A stretch of 64,000 bases of DNA from an uncultured Verrucomicrobiota bacterium. Its GTDB lineage: Bacteria > Verrucomicrobiota > Kiritimatiellia > CAIQIC01 > Lenti-01. Of this stretch, positions 62,901 through 64,000 are shown piece by piece. The notes beneath the pieces are model-generated. The model was not told where the DNA came from. It made no database searches and saw nothing but the letters and a program-made list of their open reading frames with translations. The position numbers and the translations under genes were made by a program. Position 1 is the first letter of the stretch. Every line of letters starts with the position of its first letter. The stretch covers positions 20,107 to 84,106 of the forward strand of contig CALMNW010000034.1 in the NCBI GenBank assembly GCA_937872095.1, in the 5' to 3' direction.

Positions 62901-64000
62901 TAACGGCCAGCCCGATCATCATTGCCGCGGGCAGCACGAATGGAACCGCGACGATCACAATCGCCAACGATGCGCTGGACGAAGACGACGAGACGGTCGT
63001 CGTGACCATGGGCGTGCCGGCAAACGCAACCCAAGGGGCTACGATCGTCCACACGCTGACGATCACGGACGACGATGCGGCGCCCACGGTGGCTTTCACT
63101 TCCGGCAGCCAGACTAAGGGCGAGGGCGGCGGAACCGTGGCGGTTACGGCGCAACTCTCGACGGTGTCCTGCAAGAACATAAGCGTGCCGTTCACGGTAT
63201 CGGGGTCGGCAACAAACGGAGCTGACTATTCGATCACGGCCAGTCCGATCAACATCCCTGCAGGAAACGCCACCGGGAGCGCAACAATCACCATTGTTGA
63301 CGATGCTTTGACCGAGAGCAACGAGGCGGTCATCGTGACGATCGGAACGCCGGAGAACGCAACCAAAGGAACTCCGTCCGTCCACACGTTGACCATCACC
63401 GACAACGACACGCAGAGTCTGGTGGTGTCGCCGGCAGTTCTCAGCGTGCCAGAAGGTGGCACAGCGAGTTTTTCGTTGTGCCTAGCTAAGCAGCCTCAGT
63501 CAAGCGTGGCGGTAACGACCACTCGGATTAGCGGCGATACGGACCTCAGCGTCAGCGCTGGTGGGACGATCACCTTCAATTCCGAGGATTGGAATACGCC
63601 CAAAAACATAACGATTGTCGCGGCCCTAGACGAGGACGATATAAGCGGTAGCGCGGTCTTTGCTGTCTCATCGCCCGGGTTGACCACGGTCAATGTAACT
63701 GCAATCGAAGCCGACAAGGATGCAGAGCATCTCTGGATGATATATGTCGATGCAAGCCGCCCCGACGACAATGGAGATGGCTATTCGTGGGCAACGGCCA
63801 AGAAGACAATTCAGGCGGGCATCGACTTGGCAGCCGACGGAATGACGGTGCTGGTGACCAATGGCCTTAACAACATCGGCGGCCGGGTCACGCCAGGATA
63901 TACGCTCTCTAACCGGGTTGTCATTACCAAGGCCATCACCGTGCGCAGCGTCAACGGGCCTGAAGCAACAATAATTGAAGGCTCCGGGACGAATGCATAT
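59999..64000 (+). CDS. Giant secreted surface protein, 3' end beyond the window: C1 (papain-like) cysteine peptidase domain, Ig-like domains, at least 3 Calx-beta repeats, pectate-lyase-like beta-helix start
   Basis: Absent from the ORF track because it has no in-window stop. My translation of the frame containing 59999 is stop-free for more than 1330 codons. Signal/anchor VAAIFVALVEFILTGAAGTCFA. Papain active-site motifs DQIISGPCWAFAAVASLES (Cys), NHGVAIVGWNDN (His) and YIVKNSWGTGWGDAGYFYVSY (Asn/Trp). Calx-beta units VRFAAATQSKAENSGTALVTAELSAVS...VVVTMG, three copies. Terminal LWMIYVDASRPDDNGDGYSWATAKKTIQAGIDLAADGMTVLV is beta-helix-like. An alternative ATG is at 59894. Confidence 0.7.
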   Translation, partial: MKNDTTRSCSESITNRRAFGCSGRIHRGSPNIPSGGRTVAAIFVALVEFILTGAAGTCFAGSAQFAPLNPEFIDYQRRAQADQPSVRAEEGEELLGYVPASVSITAMAGTNRFKKAMPRSFPATYDLRQSGRLTPVKDQIISGPCWAFAAVASLESCLTLEGSSDFSEKNLANLHGWDWSPTNGGNGILATAYLCRWDGPVNESDDPYPAGAWQSSLPGLPVQKHVQQVRMIFGKSSPTDNDAIKQALTDYGAVFASYYHANSYYSSVNSAYYYSGANNGNHGVAIVGWNDNFDRTRFPVAAPSNGAYIVKNSWGTGWGDAGYFYVSYYDTKFAHEDMFVFMNAEPVGNYMKCYQYDPLGWISSFRQPWAAAIYTASASEPLQAVGFYSAQAASYELYVYTNVEAGAPRSGTLASSISGTLPSAGFHTVSLAAPAALVAGQRFSIVLRLINGGDYPQAIEYAYSGLTSAATAAPGQTFYSSDGSQFTDLTALESTANFCIKGYTGTDTTPPGEPTISSTTHPDENAWYANGNPSFTWTTPSDAGGIGGYSYVLDGLATTIPDTTADAAGNTKTYSSIPDGTWYFHVRAKDNAGNWGTVDHYRVQIDKTAPTFGSVAVSPTPAKQGAAVSITFTASETLAANPTVTVNSHAASYSSKSGNNYTYSYTVLSSDSDGAAAIAISGADRAGNAGSGSSTSALTVDKTPPTCAIVRNDPNPTSASTVHFNVNFSENVTGFVQADVDLTGTAPGKSITGFSGGPQNFVVTVSDIGGSGTVAVDVDAGKCTDAAGNPNTVGAAASYTIDQGEVGVTITQSDESTAVTEGGSSDTYTVVLKTQPSANVAVTVSPGSQLSASPTTLPFIPGQWNVAQTVTVSAVNDALYEGPHSATITHSAASSDGNYNGIPVTSVAVTITDNDAPPTVRFAAATQSKAENSGTALVTAELSAVSGLAATVPFTLSGSASNGADFTVTASPIIIAAGSTNGTATITIANDALDEDDETVVVTMGVPANATQGATIVHTLTITDDDAAPTVAFTSGSQTKGEGGGTVAVTAQLSTVSCKNISVPFTVSGSATNGADYSITASPINIPAGNATGSATITIVDDALTESNEAVIVTIGTPENATKGTPSVHTLTITDNDTQSLVVSPAVLSVPEGGTASFSLCLAKQPQSSVAVTTTRISGDTDLSVSAGGTITFNSEDWNTPKNITIVAALDEDDISGSAVFAVSSPGLTTVNVTAIEADKDAEHLWMIYVDASRPDDNGDGYSWATAKKTIQAGIDLAADGMTVLVTNGLNNIGGRVTPGYTLSNRVVITKAITVRSVNGPEATIIEGSGTNAY

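Noticed and set aside
1-64000. CRISPR arrays, rRNA genes, IS elements with terminal inverted repeats
   Set aside because: No regularly spaced short direct repeats with unique spacers were seen. No rRNA-like conserved stretches and no transposase-like ORFs were found. The only mobility gene is the tyrosine integrase.

Overview
High-GC (~65-68%) bacterial chromosomal segment with every convincing gene on the + strand. The long minus-strand ORFs in the track are antisense shadows of GC-rich genes.

1) Positions 1-26.9 kb hold a large, almost gap-free, translationally coupled exopolysaccharide biosynthesis locus. It looks like the PEP-CTERM/exosortase-associated type. Genes called: GT2 fragment, O-antigen-ligase-like protein, alpha/beta hydrolase, FemAB-like acyltransferase, two ATP-grasp ligases, a DegT::GT4 fusion, several GT4 enzymes, membrane and hexapeptide acetyltransferases, CE4-like deacetylases including an XrtA-locus-type 'VDVEDW' enzyme, a priming sugar transferase, a DegT aminotransferase, VanZ and a CapD/WbpM dehydratase.

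2) The locus runs without a break into four genes from families typical of RiPP maturation: a PqqD-radical SAM-SPASM fusion, a tandem double-PqqD protein, a second radical SAM/SPASM enzyme and an HPr-kinase-related P-loop kinase. No precursor peptide lies inside that operon.

3) A 12.9-kb gene follows. It encodes a 4292-aa secreted protein with about 16 SdrD-B/CnaB-like repeats, a C25 (gingipain-like) peptidase domain, MBG repeats and three near-identical ~725-nt discoidin-containing repeats.

4) Immediately downstream are a 138-aa protein with six regularly spaced Cys and no signal peptide, a TM-less S26/SipW-like peptidase, a PF14907-like nucleotidyltransferase, an ABC exporter, an outer-membrane beta-barrel and a secreted hypothetical protein. 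Together with (2) this could be a split RiPP-like or post-translational modification system. That reading is inference.

5) At ~46.45 kb a 3' tRNA fragment (minus strand) abuts lower-GC DNA. The lower-GC DNA carries a tyrosine integrase, an excisionase-like HTH protein, a primase/helicase followed by TGCGGCTAA iterons and an ~0.9-kb repeat-bearing non-coding region, a beta-sliding-clamp homologue, a Cas4-like nuclease, Smr and small hypothetical genes. This is an integrated mobile element whose right end is not defined.

6) From 59,999 a huge ORF runs off the window end and is absent from the ORF track. It encodes a C1 papain-like peptidase, Ig-like and Calx-beta repeats and a beta-helix. No CRISPR array, rRNA or intact tRNA was found.
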